From positions 85,716-149,715 of the forward strand of contig JBFXJJ010000006.1 of assembly GCA_050175015.1 (NCBI GenBank): a stretch of 64,000 bases of DNA. Reading direction: 5' to 3'. Both the position numbers and the translations under genes were made by a program. Shown here piece by piece: positions 10,629-19,324 of this stretch. Within the stretch, counting starts at the first letter, position 1. Every line of letters starts with the position of its first letter. Origin of the DNA: Alphaproteobacteria bacterium (GTDB lineage Bacteria; Pseudomonadota; Alphaproteobacteria; JBFXJJ01). The notes beneath the pieces were generated by a model. That model saw nothing but the letters and a program-made list of their open reading frames with translations, was not told where the DNA came from and did not search any database.

Positions 10629-12355
10629 TTATAAAACACTACAAAACTTAAAGTTAAAATCAACGTTACGGCAAAAAACAGAGCATTAAATGTAAAATTA
10701 TTCTTTTGATAAAGTTTGGCAAATTTCTTTAAAAGCTCAAACATTTTATCAATAATTTTTTCGATTGTCCTATTCAAAATTCTGTTATTAACTTTGTTTT
10801 TTAAGGCTATACCAAAACGAAACATAGGGAAAGCAACCACTTTAAAAAAGAACATATCCGCTTTTTCAGCAAAAGAAAACCTAACTTCTTTAGAGCAGAT
10901 ATTCCGTCTGTAAATTTTTTCAGCCCAAAAAATGCCGACAGCAACTGCGATTAAACGATAACCAGAAAACATATTAAACTTGATATAGTAAGAAACGATA
11001 CTCAAAAATATAGCAGTAACAGACATTGATGATAAAATAAACAATGAACGTTCTTGAACTCTTGCAAACACAGCGTCTTCAGCTTTGGTTGTCCCCAAGC
11101 AGGAACAAATGATAATTCTTGCAACCGCAAAAGCAAAAACACCACTTGCCAAAAGCTCCCAGACATTAATCATATAATCAATTTTTACTATTTTTATGCT
11201 TAGATAAGGAACAAGCATAAAAGCTGCCCCAACCAACATCATAAAATATGTTGCTGGCAAAAGCTTTTTTGCTCCCCCCATTTTATCCAGCCTGTACTCG
11301 CTAGAAAATGCCTCTATCAAAGAACCACAAGCTAGGAAATAAAGCAGGCTTGCCGTGATTTGAAATACTGCAAAGAAAACAAAACCGTCCAAACCATTTA
11401 AAACAAAATAAGTAATCATTAAACCCATCTGTGATGAAATCAAAAAAGCGAGCGATGATGCGATATCTTTTTCAAAAACAGCAAATATTGGCGATAAAAA
11501 TACAGTTGCTACCCCAAGAATCATAGCTATTTCAACAATTTTAGGATTAAACAACAAAACATCAGAAAGCCTTGTCATAACAATCATAAAACATAATGGA
11601 ACGGTAATTGTTGCCGTGACAATAAAACTTGGGAAATGAGCTCTTGATGTTTTTATAAAGACCAAATTTCCAATAATAAAACCGCCTTTTACCCATACAA
11701 ACAGCCAAAGCAAGCTCGAAACAATGTTAATGAGTTCCTTTTTATTCTCAAAATTATTATCTTGAACAAAACCATCATTGCCAAAAGTTGAAAGCCAAAT
11801 GGCAAAAGCTACAAATATCAAGAAACTGCCAATGGTCTCAAACACCATAAAGCTCAAAAGGCTATCTTTGGATTCATCTTGCCTGCGACCGTTGACAATT
11901 AATATCCCTGCAAACAAAAGAGCCAAATCCATACCTAAAATTAATTGAAAAAAACCTGTGGCTAAAATAGCTATTTTTAAGAAAAATATCTGTGAACTGA
12001 GAATAGAAAAAATTGCATTTTTGCTTGTTCCAACGATAGAGAAAGAATAACAAAAAACAAAAACACAAAAATAGATTATTGCAAGAATTAAAAGATACGT
12101 TACTGAGGCTTTATCAACAATGAAGCCGTAAGTTAAATAAAAATTTTCCTTAAAAAGCAGCTGAAAAACCGCGGTCTGTAAATTTCCATCTGCTCCAATA
12201 AAAACTAAAAAGCTAAAAAAAACATCAACAAAAGCTAAAAGAGGAAAAACTAACTCTGATGCCTTTTTTTTGTTAAACTTTTCCAAAACTATACTAGCGA
12301 AAACGGCTAAAAAATTAACCGATAAAACACTGTAAAAAGAAAAAAGTGTCACCAT
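10625..12355 (-). CDS. nuoL: Complex I subunit L homolog (highly divergent)
   Basis: Multi-TM protein with DIxxxLAF..SSQMGLM, FLACGSLIEAF, MGGAKKLLPATY; follows nuoK. Confidence 0.8.
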   Translation of the reverse strand: MVTLFSFYSVLSVNFLAVFASIVLEKFNKKKASELVFPLLAFVDVFFSFLVFIGADGNLQTAVFQLLFKENFYLTYGFIVDKASVTYLLILAIIYFCVFVFCYSFSIVGTSKNAIFSILSSQIFFLKIAILATGFFQLILGMDLALLFAGILIVNGRRQDESKDSLLSFMVFETIGSFLIFVAFAIWLSTFGNDGFVQDNNFENKKELINIVSSLLWLFVWVKGGFIIGNLVFIKTSRAHFPSFIVTATITVPLCFMIVMTRLSDVLLFNPKIVEIAMILGVATVFLSPIFAVFEKDIASSLAFLISSQMGLMITYFVLNGLDGFVFFAVFQITASLLYFLACGSLIEAFSSEYRLDKMGGAKKLLPATYFMMLVGAAFMLVPYLSIKIVKIDYMINVWELLASGVFAFAVARIIICSCLGTTKAEDAVFARVQERSLFILSSMSVTAIFLSIVSYYIKFNMFSGYRLIAVAVGIFWAEKIYRRNICSKEVRFSFAEKADMFFFKVVAFPMFRFGIALKNKVNNRILNRTIEKIIDKMFELLKKFAKLYQKNNFTFNALFFAVTLILTLSFVVFYK

Positions 12356-12646
12356 TTAAACAGCCTCCTCTCCGTCGGTTCTGTGCTTACGGAAACAAAC
12401 AAGCATAATAGCAAGAGAAACCGCTATTTTAGCCGCACCAACAGCAAGAATAAGCATATAAAAAACTTCTCCCATAATATCGCCGTGATACTTTGCAAAA
12501 GCCATAAAATTAATCGCTATACCTGCCTGCATAACAAAGAAAGCGATTATAATCCGAGCAATTGAACCTTTACTAGTAACGGCTCCATAAAAACCGATTA
12601 CAAAGACCACGAAAGCAAGCAGAAGAAAATGATAAATTGTAATCAT
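12356..12646 (-). CDS. nuoK: Complex I subunit K homolog (divergent)
   Basis: 96 aa, 3 TM; HFL..A...F.IG..G, INF.AF..Y.GD..G.VF, LAI.LV.FR. Confidence 0.85.
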   Translation of the reverse strand: MITIYHFLLLAFVVFVIGFYGAVTSKGSIARIIIAFFVMQAGIAINFMAFAKYHGDIMGEVFYMLILAVGAAKIAVSLAIMLVCFRKHRTDGEEAV

Positions 12647-13236
12647 ATTTTGGCTCCCTCTTTTTCTGGTGCAAGTTTAACTAGCTCTAAATCTTCATCT
12701 TTATGGATTTTTGATTTTTTAATTTTTTCCTGTTCTTTGCCTTCTATACCATAAACAAGCATTATAGCCCCCGAAGCTCCACAGAAAAGAATGACACCTG
12801 AAATTTGAAATAGGAAATATCTGCTGTAAAAGAGGTGACGTCCAAGTTCTTTAAATGAAAAAATATCATTATTTACTGCTATTTCTTTTACATTACTTAC
12901 CCCAAAAAATGCCGCAACAACGTTAATTAGAAATACTAGAAATAAAGAGAACATAAAAAAAGCAAATAAATTTTTAATGTTTTTGGAATCATACGAATTA
13001 TTTTCTTCAATCATAATGGCAAAAACAGTAACCACGCATATTGAAGATAAATCTATCAGCCCTAAAGACAACGCAACAAACTCGAAACCAAGAGCAATCA
13101 AAATTCCTGATAAAGTACAAATAAAAGGCACCAAAAACAATAAACCGCTTATTTTATTTTTGGAACTAACCGCAAGTATTGCAAAAAATATTAGCAATAC
13201 TGCGAAAAAATAAAATATGGTATCACTTAAAATCAT
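12643..13236 (-). CDS. nuoJ: Complex I subunit J homolog (divergent)
   Basis: FYFFA start, LGxEFVA, LG..LF...Y.FLFQISGVIL....GAI; overlaps the nuoK start. Confidence 0.82.
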   Translation of the reverse strand: MILSDTIFYFFAVLLIFFAILAVSSKNKISGLLFLVPFICTLSGILIALGFEFVALSLGLIDLSSICVVTVFAIMIEENNSYDSKNIKNLFAFFMFSLFLVFLINVVAAFFGVSNVKEIAVNNDIFSFKELGRHLFYSRYFLFQISGVILFCGASGAIMLVYGIEGKEQEKIKKSKIHKDEDLELVKLAPEKEGAKI

Positions 13237-13244
13237 AATATAAA

Positions 13245-14126
13245 TTATCCATTAAAAACCACATAACCTGCGGTAAAAAAGCTCCAAAAAACGTTTATTG
13301 GAAAAATAAATTTCCACAAAAAACCCAAAAGTTGATCTTCTCTAAATCTTGGGGTCGTATATTTAATAAACATCATAAGAACTAAACATAAGGCTATTTT
13401 AAGAACAAACCAGACAAACTGAGGAATTTTTAACAGCCAAAGAGCGCCACCTATCGGCAGCCAGCCACCTAAAAACATAACCGTAACAAAAGCTGCAACC
13501 GCAAGCATTGAGAGAATGTCGCCCAAATCAAACAACATTAAAGATAGTCCAGAATATTCACTGCGGTACCCTCCTGTAATCTCGGTTGTACCATCAGAAA
13601 AATTGAGAGGTTTCAACATCATAAAAGCAATCATAGAGAAAACAAAACCTATGAAAGTAAGAATATGCGGAAAAACAAACCACATATCTCTCTGGGCATC
13701 AACAATGTCAGCAAATTTCAAAGAATGAGACGAAATAACAACAGGAATAACACTAGAAAATGCTACAAGCCTAGAGTTTATAATCTGCCTAGCTGCTCGG
13801 AGGCTTCCAATAACAGCATTTCTTGTATTACTACCTATGCCTGCCATAATGCAGCCAAAAACATCAAGGCATAAAACCACAAATACCAAAAACAAACCGG
13901 CCTCAACATTCGCAAAAGCCGCCTTTTCACTAAAAGGAATAAGCAGAAAAACAAGCATTGCAACACAAATGTTGATTACAGGAGCAACCGCGAAAAAGAC
14001 ACTATCGGCATCTTTAGGTAAACTGTATTTTTTAGTATGTACTTTAAAAATTGATAAAAAATCTGAAGTCAAACCTTTTGCTAAATTTATGAAAAACTGA
14101 GATAAAAAACACTTCATAATAACCAC
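13245..14126 (-). CDS. nuoH: Complex I subunit H homolog (N-terminally truncated, divergent)
   Basis: AD..F..AP, AG.GSN...A.IGSLRAA.Q, GY.SEYSG, FLGGWLP, PRFREDQL...WK. Confidence 0.88.
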   Translation of the reverse strand: MVIMKCFLSQFFINLAKGLTSDFLSIFKVHTKKYSLPKDADSVFFAVAPVINICVAMLVFLLIPFSEKAAFANVEAGLFLVFVVLCLDVFGCIMAGIGSNTRNAVIGSLRAARQIINSRLVAFSSVIPVVISSHSLKFADIVDAQRDMWFVFPHILTFIGFVFSMIAFMMLKPLNFSDGTTEITGGYRSEYSGLSLMLFDLGDILSMLAVAAFVTVMFLGGWLPIGGALWLLKIPQFVWFVLKIALCLVLMMFIKYTTPRFREDQLLGFLWKFIFPINVFWSFFTAGYVVFNG

Positions 14127-14131
14127 AATTC

Positions 14132-15274
14132 CTATTTATCAATATTAGCAGAAGAAACGTCTAAACTCGCAACAATCAAAGGAACATCTGAAATAAAGCT
14201 TCCCTTAAGCAGCATATTTAAGGATCCTGCATGAGCAAGGCTTGGCGTCCTGATGCTACAACGATAAGGCTTATCTGTTCCATCAGATACAATAAAAACA
14301 CCTAACTCGCCTTTAGGGCTTTCAACACAACTTAAAACCTCATCTTTATCATTAGGTTTTATATCATAACTACTTAAAATACTGCTATATTTATTATTCC
14401 TGCCTGAACTTAAAACATCAATTTCACCTTGCGGAATCTTAATAAGAGCCTGATTAATTATTGCCATTGATTGTTTTATCTCTTCAAATCTTACAAGACA
14501 TCTAGCATAGCAATCTCCAGCCTCACACACTGGAATTTCAAAGTCAAAATCAGCATATACACCATAAGATGTTTTTCTTCTCAAGTCCCACACACAGCCT
14601 GAAGCTCTAAGACAAGGACCAGAAAAACCTAAAGACATCGCTTGATCAAAATCAACAAACCCGACATCTTTTGTCCTGACCTTAAAACCATAATTATTGG
14701 TTACAACCTTATCAACTTCTTCAAGAAAACAAGATAATTCATTGTTTAAAAATGATTTTATTCCAAAAACAAAATCATCAGACAAATCAAATCTAACTCC
14801 GCCCAAACAAAAGAGACCTTCTTGAATTCTAACATCTAGCGTTTTTGTATAAATTTCAACAAGTTGCCGTTTTAACTTAACCGATACACTTAAGATATTG
14901 TCCATACCAACTGTGTTGCAAATATTTCCAATATTAATAATATGATTGATAATTCGAGCAATTTCAGCGTGAACAGTTCTTATATAAGATGCCCTTTTGC
15001 TAACCTCGATATTAGCCAGATATTCACAAGCTAAAACAAATGGATATTCAGAAGAAAAAGGAACGCTATTATCAATACGGCTCATATAGGGAATAATATT
15101 GGCATATTTTTTACTTTCAAAGCTCTTCTCTAAGCCTTTATGATAATATCCAACATAAGTCTCGGCATCACTTATAGCCTCACCCTCAACGTGAAGACGG
15201 AACTTTATCCCGCAAGCAAGATAATTCTCAACCCCTATCTCAAATGTATCAGAAACAGCTTTATTATGAACCAT
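14132..15274 (-). CDS. nuoD: Complex I subunit D homolog (divergent; quinone-site residues lost)
   Basis: HKGLEK, GFSGPCLRASG..WDLRR, GDCYARCLVR.EE, VESPKGELGV, DGTDKPYRC.IR; no NiFe CxxC motifs. Confidence 0.92.
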   Translation of the reverse strand: MVHNKAVSDTFEIGVENYLACGIKFRLHVEGEAISDAETYVGYYHKGLEKSFESKKYANIIPYMSRIDNSVPFSSEYPFVLACEYLANIEVSKRASYIRTVHAEIARIINHIINIGNICNTVGMDNILSVSVKLKRQLVEIYTKTLDVRIQEGLFCLGGVRFDLSDDFVFGIKSFLNNELSCFLEEVDKVVTNNYGFKVRTKDVGFVDFDQAMSLGFSGPCLRASGCVWDLRRKTSYGVYADFDFEIPVCEAGDCYARCLVRFEEIKQSMAIINQALIKIPQGEIDVLSSGRNNKYSSILSSYDIKPNDKDEVLSCVESPKGELGVFIVSDGTDKPYRCSIRTPSLAHAGSLNMLLKGSFISDVPLIVASLDVSSANIDK

Positions 15275-15295
15275 AGCTAAACCCTAAAATATCTA

Positions 15296-15889
15296 TCAGC
15301 CCTTTATCTGGCAGCAAGCCCCAAAAGCACTACAAGTTGTTTGCTCGTTTTCTTTGGGAAAAAGCCTAATAATTTTGCGATTATCATCAAATTTTTTCTC
15401 GAACTCACCATTAAGAGGAAAATCTTTTCTTAAAGGATACCCCTTAAACCCAAAATCATTATAAAGACGCCTTAAATCTGGGTGTTCGGCAAAACATATC
15501 CCAAACATATCCCAAACCTCTTGCTCATACCAAACAGCAGAGTCATAGACTTGAGATACTGATTTTACCAGTTTCAAGCCATCGTTTGTTATTCGAACAA
15601 TAATTCTCTGATTAAGCTCGTGGCTTAAAATATGATATAAAACCTCAAAACGCTCTTCTTTTTCAGGGTAATCTATCCCCGAAATATTAGTTAAACTAGA
15701 AAATCTACAGTTAGCATCATCTCTTAGAAAAGAAAGAACTCTAGGAAGCAGCCTAGGCTGCGCATATATATTAAGAATGCCGTTTTTTATCACAACATTT
15801 TTAATGCTGTCTTGAAGACTCGCTTCAATATAAGCCGCAAGATTTTCAAGATTATTCTCTATTTGTAACCGACGATGTTTCTTTTTCAT
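15296..15889 (-). CDS. nuoC: Complex I subunit C
   Basis: DYPE..ERFEV.YH.LS, WYEQEVWDMFG, HPDLRR...D.GF.GYPLRKDFPL. Confidence 0.93.
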   Translation of the reverse strand: MKKKHRRLQIENNLENLAAYIEASLQDSIKNVVIKNGILNIYAQPRLLPRVLSFLRDDANCRFSSLTNISGIDYPEKEERFEVLYHILSHELNQRIIVRITNDGLKLVKSVSQVYDSAVWYEQEVWDMFGICFAEHPDLRRLYNDFGFKGYPLRKDFPLNGEFEKKFDDNRKIIRLFPKENEQTTCSAFGACCQIKG

Positions 15890-15898
15890 AGCTTTTTG

Positions 15899-16360
15899 CT
15901 AGTCCTTGTTAGTAATAAATTTAAAAACATCAAAAATGAGACTTGGATCTGGAGGACAACCAACCACCTGAATATCAACAGGCACAATCTTATCAACGCC
16001 TCTAACTAAGGAATAAGAAGAATAAAGCCCACCAGAACAGGCGCAAGATCCAACCGCCACAACCCATTTAGGAAACGCCATTTCGTCATAAACATGCCTT
16101 ATAATTGGAGCAACCTTATTAGTTATTTCTCCAGAAAAGACCATAACATCACAATGTTTAGGACTATTTTTAATCGAGACTTTTAAGCTTTTATCAACAC
16201 TGCTGTACGGCATAAACATATCCAGCCCACAACAGCCTTGATCCAATAGATATACCGCAAGAGAATTAGTTATAATTTTCTTATTTTCTCTTAAAACCAC
16301 AAATTTTGAATTAGATGGAACTTTACCAGCATCATTAAGACTACAGCTTATCTTTTCCAT
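15899..16360 (-). CDS. nuoB: Complex I subunit B homolog (N2 Fe-S ligands retained)
   Basis: GCCG, SP...D.MV, VYDEM..PKWV.AVGSCA.SGG, SYS.VRG.DKIVPVD..V.GCPP. Confidence 0.92.
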   Translation of the reverse strand: MEKISCSLNDAGKVPSNSKFVVLRENKKIITNSLAVYLLDQGCCGLDMFMPYSSVDKSLKVSIKNSPKHCDVMVFSGEITNKVAPIIRHVYDEMAFPKWVVAVGSCACSGGLYSSYSLVRGVDKIVPVDIQVVGCPPDPSLIFDVFKFITNKD

Positions 16361-16704
16361 TCGAAGCCTCCCTTACACAAAACGTATACCAACGTAAAGA
16401 GTTGAATAAGAAAGTAGGCTAAAATCACAAAGAATAGTTTCCAGCCAATATTAAACAATGAAACCGCCCAAAGCATAAAAAACACCATAACCGGAGAAAA
16501 TACTACAAAGACTATCGCAACAGGAAAATTTTGAAACGAGAAATAGCCATTAAAAAACGCTTTTTCTTTTCTTATTTCTGAGATTTTTTGATTATTATCG
16601 GTTATTTTTTTAGCGATAAAAAAGGAAACAAGCGGCATAATGATAATAAAAATCAATACAAAAAAAAGAAAAAATCCTAGATAGCCGTCAGGAATAGTAA
16701 CCAT
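16348..16704 (-). CDS. nuoA: Complex I subunit A homolog (divergent)
   Basis: 118 aa, 3 TM; F.VAIVFVVF.....F..WAV and C-terminal KGGFEW; first gene of the nuo order. Confidence 0.8.
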   Translation of the reverse strand: MVTIPDGYLGFFLFFVLIFIIIMPLVSFFIAKKITDNNQKISEIRKEKAFFNGYFSFQNFPVAIVFVVFSPVMVFFMLWAVSLFNIGWKLFFVILAYFLIQLFTLVYVLCKGGFEWKR

Positions 16705-16752
16705 TTTAAAGTCGCTCTATAATAATCTTTATAATATTTTTTTGAATAACCG

Positions 16753-17094
16753 TTATTTTCTCAAACCAGAAAAACTTTCTTGAGAAATTGGCAATTTTTT
16801 GACAATTCTAATTGGCACTTCATATTCAACTGCAATATCATCATTATCAAATTCAACCACCAAGACAGTATCAGCATAAAACAATGACTGTCTAGCTTCT
16901 GGGTGAATGTAATCAAGCATAATAGTAAGTCCGTTATTGCGGTACAGCAAAGCGTGTTCGCCGCCGTCATAAACGATTTTAGGCTCTTCTGGCAGCCCTT
17001 TTCTTGCTTTAATTGAGATTAACAAATCACCAGAAGAATTTTGCAATATATCATAGAGTTCTTCTTGTTCTGGTTTTACTTGTTTCTCTAACAT
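16753..17094 (-). CDS. Hypothetical protein upstream of nuoA
   Basis: 113-aa ORF with an AGGAG RBS upstream (ctcct at 17101-17105); no recognisable family. Confidence 0.7.
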   Translation of the reverse strand: MLEKQVKPEQEELYDILQNSSGDLLISIKARKGLPEEPKIVYDGGEHALLYRNNGLTIMLDYIHPEARQSLFYADTVLVVEFDNDDIAVEYEVPIRIVKKLPISQESFSGLRK

Positions 17095-17218
17095 AAGAAA
17101 CTCCTATTTTCGTTGATTAAACTTAATTTAGCACTTTAATTCTAAATTAAAACAATATAAAGATAAAAAATAACTTTTCATATCATTTTTATAAAACTTA
17201 GACTACAAGACTGCAATA

Positions 17219-18190
17219 ATGAAAATTTTTAATAAGATAAAAGAATATAAAAAAACCAATAATCTTGTTTTGGCAATTGGCAATTTTGATGGCGTTCACC
17301 TTGGGCATCAAGCCATTCTTGAACAAGCTAAAAACATTGCCAAAGAAAAAAACTACCGTTTTGGGGTTATGACTTTTGAACCGCACCCCAAAACATACTT
17401 TAACCCTGATTTGAAAAATTTTCGTTTAACACCAATAAACATAAAAAAAAGACTGCTAACAGAATTTGAAATTGAAGAACTTTATGTTATTGATTTCAAT
17501 CATAGTTTTTCCCAAACAGAGCCTGAAGATTTCATCAAAACTTGGGTTAAAGACAAGTTAAACGTTAAGCATATTGTTGTCGGGTATGATTTTGTTTTTG
17601 GAAAAAATGGCAAGGGAAACGCAGAAACTCTTCGCCAAATGTCCTCAAAATATGATTTTGATGTAACTATTGTTTCTCAAATTTCCAATCAAGACGGGCT
17701 AAATTATTCATCAACAGCAGTTAGGAATGCTTTATTTGAAGGCTTTCCTCTAAAAGCCGCTTCAATCTTGGGACGTTTTTTTGAGCTAAACGGAAGAATC
17801 CAGCTTGGAAGACAAACAGGAGCCAAGTTAGGGTTCCCAACTGCCAACACTGCTATCGGTAATTTCTTCAAGCCGAAAGAAGGAATTTATGCTGTTTTTG
17901 CCGATATAATATTAGATGGTAAACATAAAATCTTAAAAGGTGTAACAAACATCGGTGGCAGTCCAACTTTTGACATTAATAATTATTTAGTGGAAACGCA
18001 CCTTCTTAATTTTTCTGGTGATATTTATAAAAAAAATCTCACAATTTATTTAGTTGACTATATAAGAGATTCTATAAAATTTAATAGTGTTGACGATTTA
18101 ATAAAAGAAATAACGCTTGATACAATCAAAGCTCAGGATATTCTTTTAAAATATGAAAAGAGTGATCTTCTAAAAAAATATAACAATTAA
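17219..18190 (+). CDS. ribF: Bifunctional riboflavin kinase / FAD synthetase
   Basis: IGNFDGVHLGHQ, TFEPHP, VGYDFVFG, SSTAVR, LGFPTAN, ETHLL. Confidence 0.96.
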   Translation: MKIFNKIKEYKKTNNLVLAIGNFDGVHLGHQAILEQAKNIAKEKNYRFGVMTFEPHPKTYFNPDLKNFRLTPINIKKRLLTEFEIEELYVIDFNHSFSQTEPEDFIKTWVKDKLNVKHIVVGYDFVFGKNGKGNAETLRQMSSKYDFDVTIVSQISNQDGLNYSSTAVRNALFEGFPLKAASILGRFFELNGRIQLGRQTGAKLGFPTANTAIGNFFKPKEGIYAVFADIILDGKHKILKGVTNIGGSPTFDINNYLVETHLLNFSGDIYKKNLTIYLVDYIRDSIKFNSVDDLIKEITLDTIKAQDILLKYEKSDLLKKYNN

Positions 18191-18206
18191 AATATTAGGA
18201 TATGTT

Positions 18207-18674
18207 TTGCAGAAAAAATTTTTAGTCTTATCGATAGCTGTATTTTTAGATCAAATCTCAAAATGGTGGTTTATGAACCTTCTATCAGAACCGCCACACT
18301 TTATTAGAGTAATGCCGTTATTCAATTTAACCGCAGCTTGGAATAAAGGCGTAAGTTTTTCGATGTTTACTAGCGATAATGTTTATGCTCCCTATATCCT
18401 TACTTTGGTTGCGATAGCCATTGTAGCTTTTATTTTAAGATGGCATTTAACCGAAGCTAACAAATACAACAAGATAGCTTTAGAGCTTATTGCTGGCGGG
18501 GCTATCGGAAATATTATTGATAGAATCAGATTTGGTGCTGTTTTTGATTTCTTAGACTTTTATATTGGAAAACATCATTGGCCAGCATTTAATGTTGCCG
18601 ATAGTGCAATAACTATTGGCGCCGCAATTCTTATTATGGTAACATTTTTTGAAAAAAAAGTTATAAAGGGTTAA
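18207..18674 (+). CDS. lspA: Lipoprotein signal peptidase
   Basis: DQISK, NKGVSFS, GGAIGNIIDR, AVFDFLD, WPAFNVAD. Confidence 0.96.
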   Translation: MQKKFLVLSIAVFLDQISKWWFMNLLSEPPHFIRVMPLFNLTAAWNKGVSFSMFTSDNVYAPYILTLVAIAIVAFILRWHLTEANKYNKIALELIAGGAIGNIIDRIRFGAVFDFLDFYIGKHHWPAFNVADSAITIGAAILIMVTFFEKKVIKG

Positions 18675-18680
18675 ATCACT

Positions 18681-19298
18681 ATGTCAAAACGTTTAACTGT
18701 TGTTATGATTGTTGTTTGTTTTGCTGTCAGTTCTTGCAGCAACAAAGCAAAACAAGCTTTGGGTTTAAGCAGAAAAGCTCCTGATGAATTTACGGTTATA
18801 TCAAGGGCTCCTCTTACTATTCCTCCTGTTTTTAATATGCGTCCGCCTAAACCAGGTGAAACCAGACCTCAAGAAGGAACAGCTTTAGATGCTGCTAAAA
18901 CAGCATTAATAACAAATGGAGAAACAGCGCAAGGCAACACTAACTCTGGCAACGCAGTTTCTATGAATGACTCAAATCTTTTGTTCCCAATCAAACAAAA
19001 TTCTGCAATGGAGTTTTCATCTGGAGAAAAAGCGCTATTAACCAAAGCCAATGCAGAAGATTCTCAACAAGATATTCGCAAAGTAATTGACCAAGAAAAC
19101 AGCTCTTTAATCAAAGAAAGCAAACAATTTGTTGATAAAATTGTTTTTTGGAAAGAAACCGAAGACCCAACGGCTATAGAAGTCGACCCTACGCTTGAAG
19201 AAAAAAGAATCCAAGAAAATGCAGCCTTAGGTAAAACGGTTACAGAAGGAGAAACGCCTGTTATCGAAAAACGGCGCAAGGGTATTTTTGAAAAATAA
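18681..19298 (+). CDS. DUF3035-like lipoprotein
   Basis: Lipobox (AVSSC), PDEFTVISRAPLTIPP, RPPKPG..RPQE; usual position after lspA. Confidence 0.8.
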   Translation: MSKRLTVVMIVVCFAVSSCSNKAKQALGLSRKAPDEFTVISRAPLTIPPVFNMRPPKPGETRPQEGTALDAAKTALITNGETAQGNTNSGNAVSMNDSNLLFPIKQNSAMEFSSGEKALLTKANAEDSQQDIRKVIDQENSSLIKESKQFVDKIVFWKETEDPTAIEVDPTLEEKRIQENAALGKTVTEGETPVIEKRRKGIFEK

Positions 19299-19324
19299 CT
19301 TATTTCTGGTAATACACTGTAAAA

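Noticed and set aside
7840-12646. Mrp Na+/H+ antiporter operon
   Set aside because: No mrpE/F/G; the genes are in nuoK-L-M-N order with Nuo-specific termini.
14132-16360. Group 4 [NiFe]-hydrogenase (Ech/Hyf/Mbh) reading of the nuo-like cluster
   Set aside because: The large subunit has no N- or C-terminal CxxC nickel ligands, there are no maturation genes, and the order and flanks match the ancestral nuo locus.
17136-17150. TTAA-N7-TTAA CtrA-like box in the divergent promoter region
   Set aside because: Expected by chance in such AT-rich DNA, with no supporting context.
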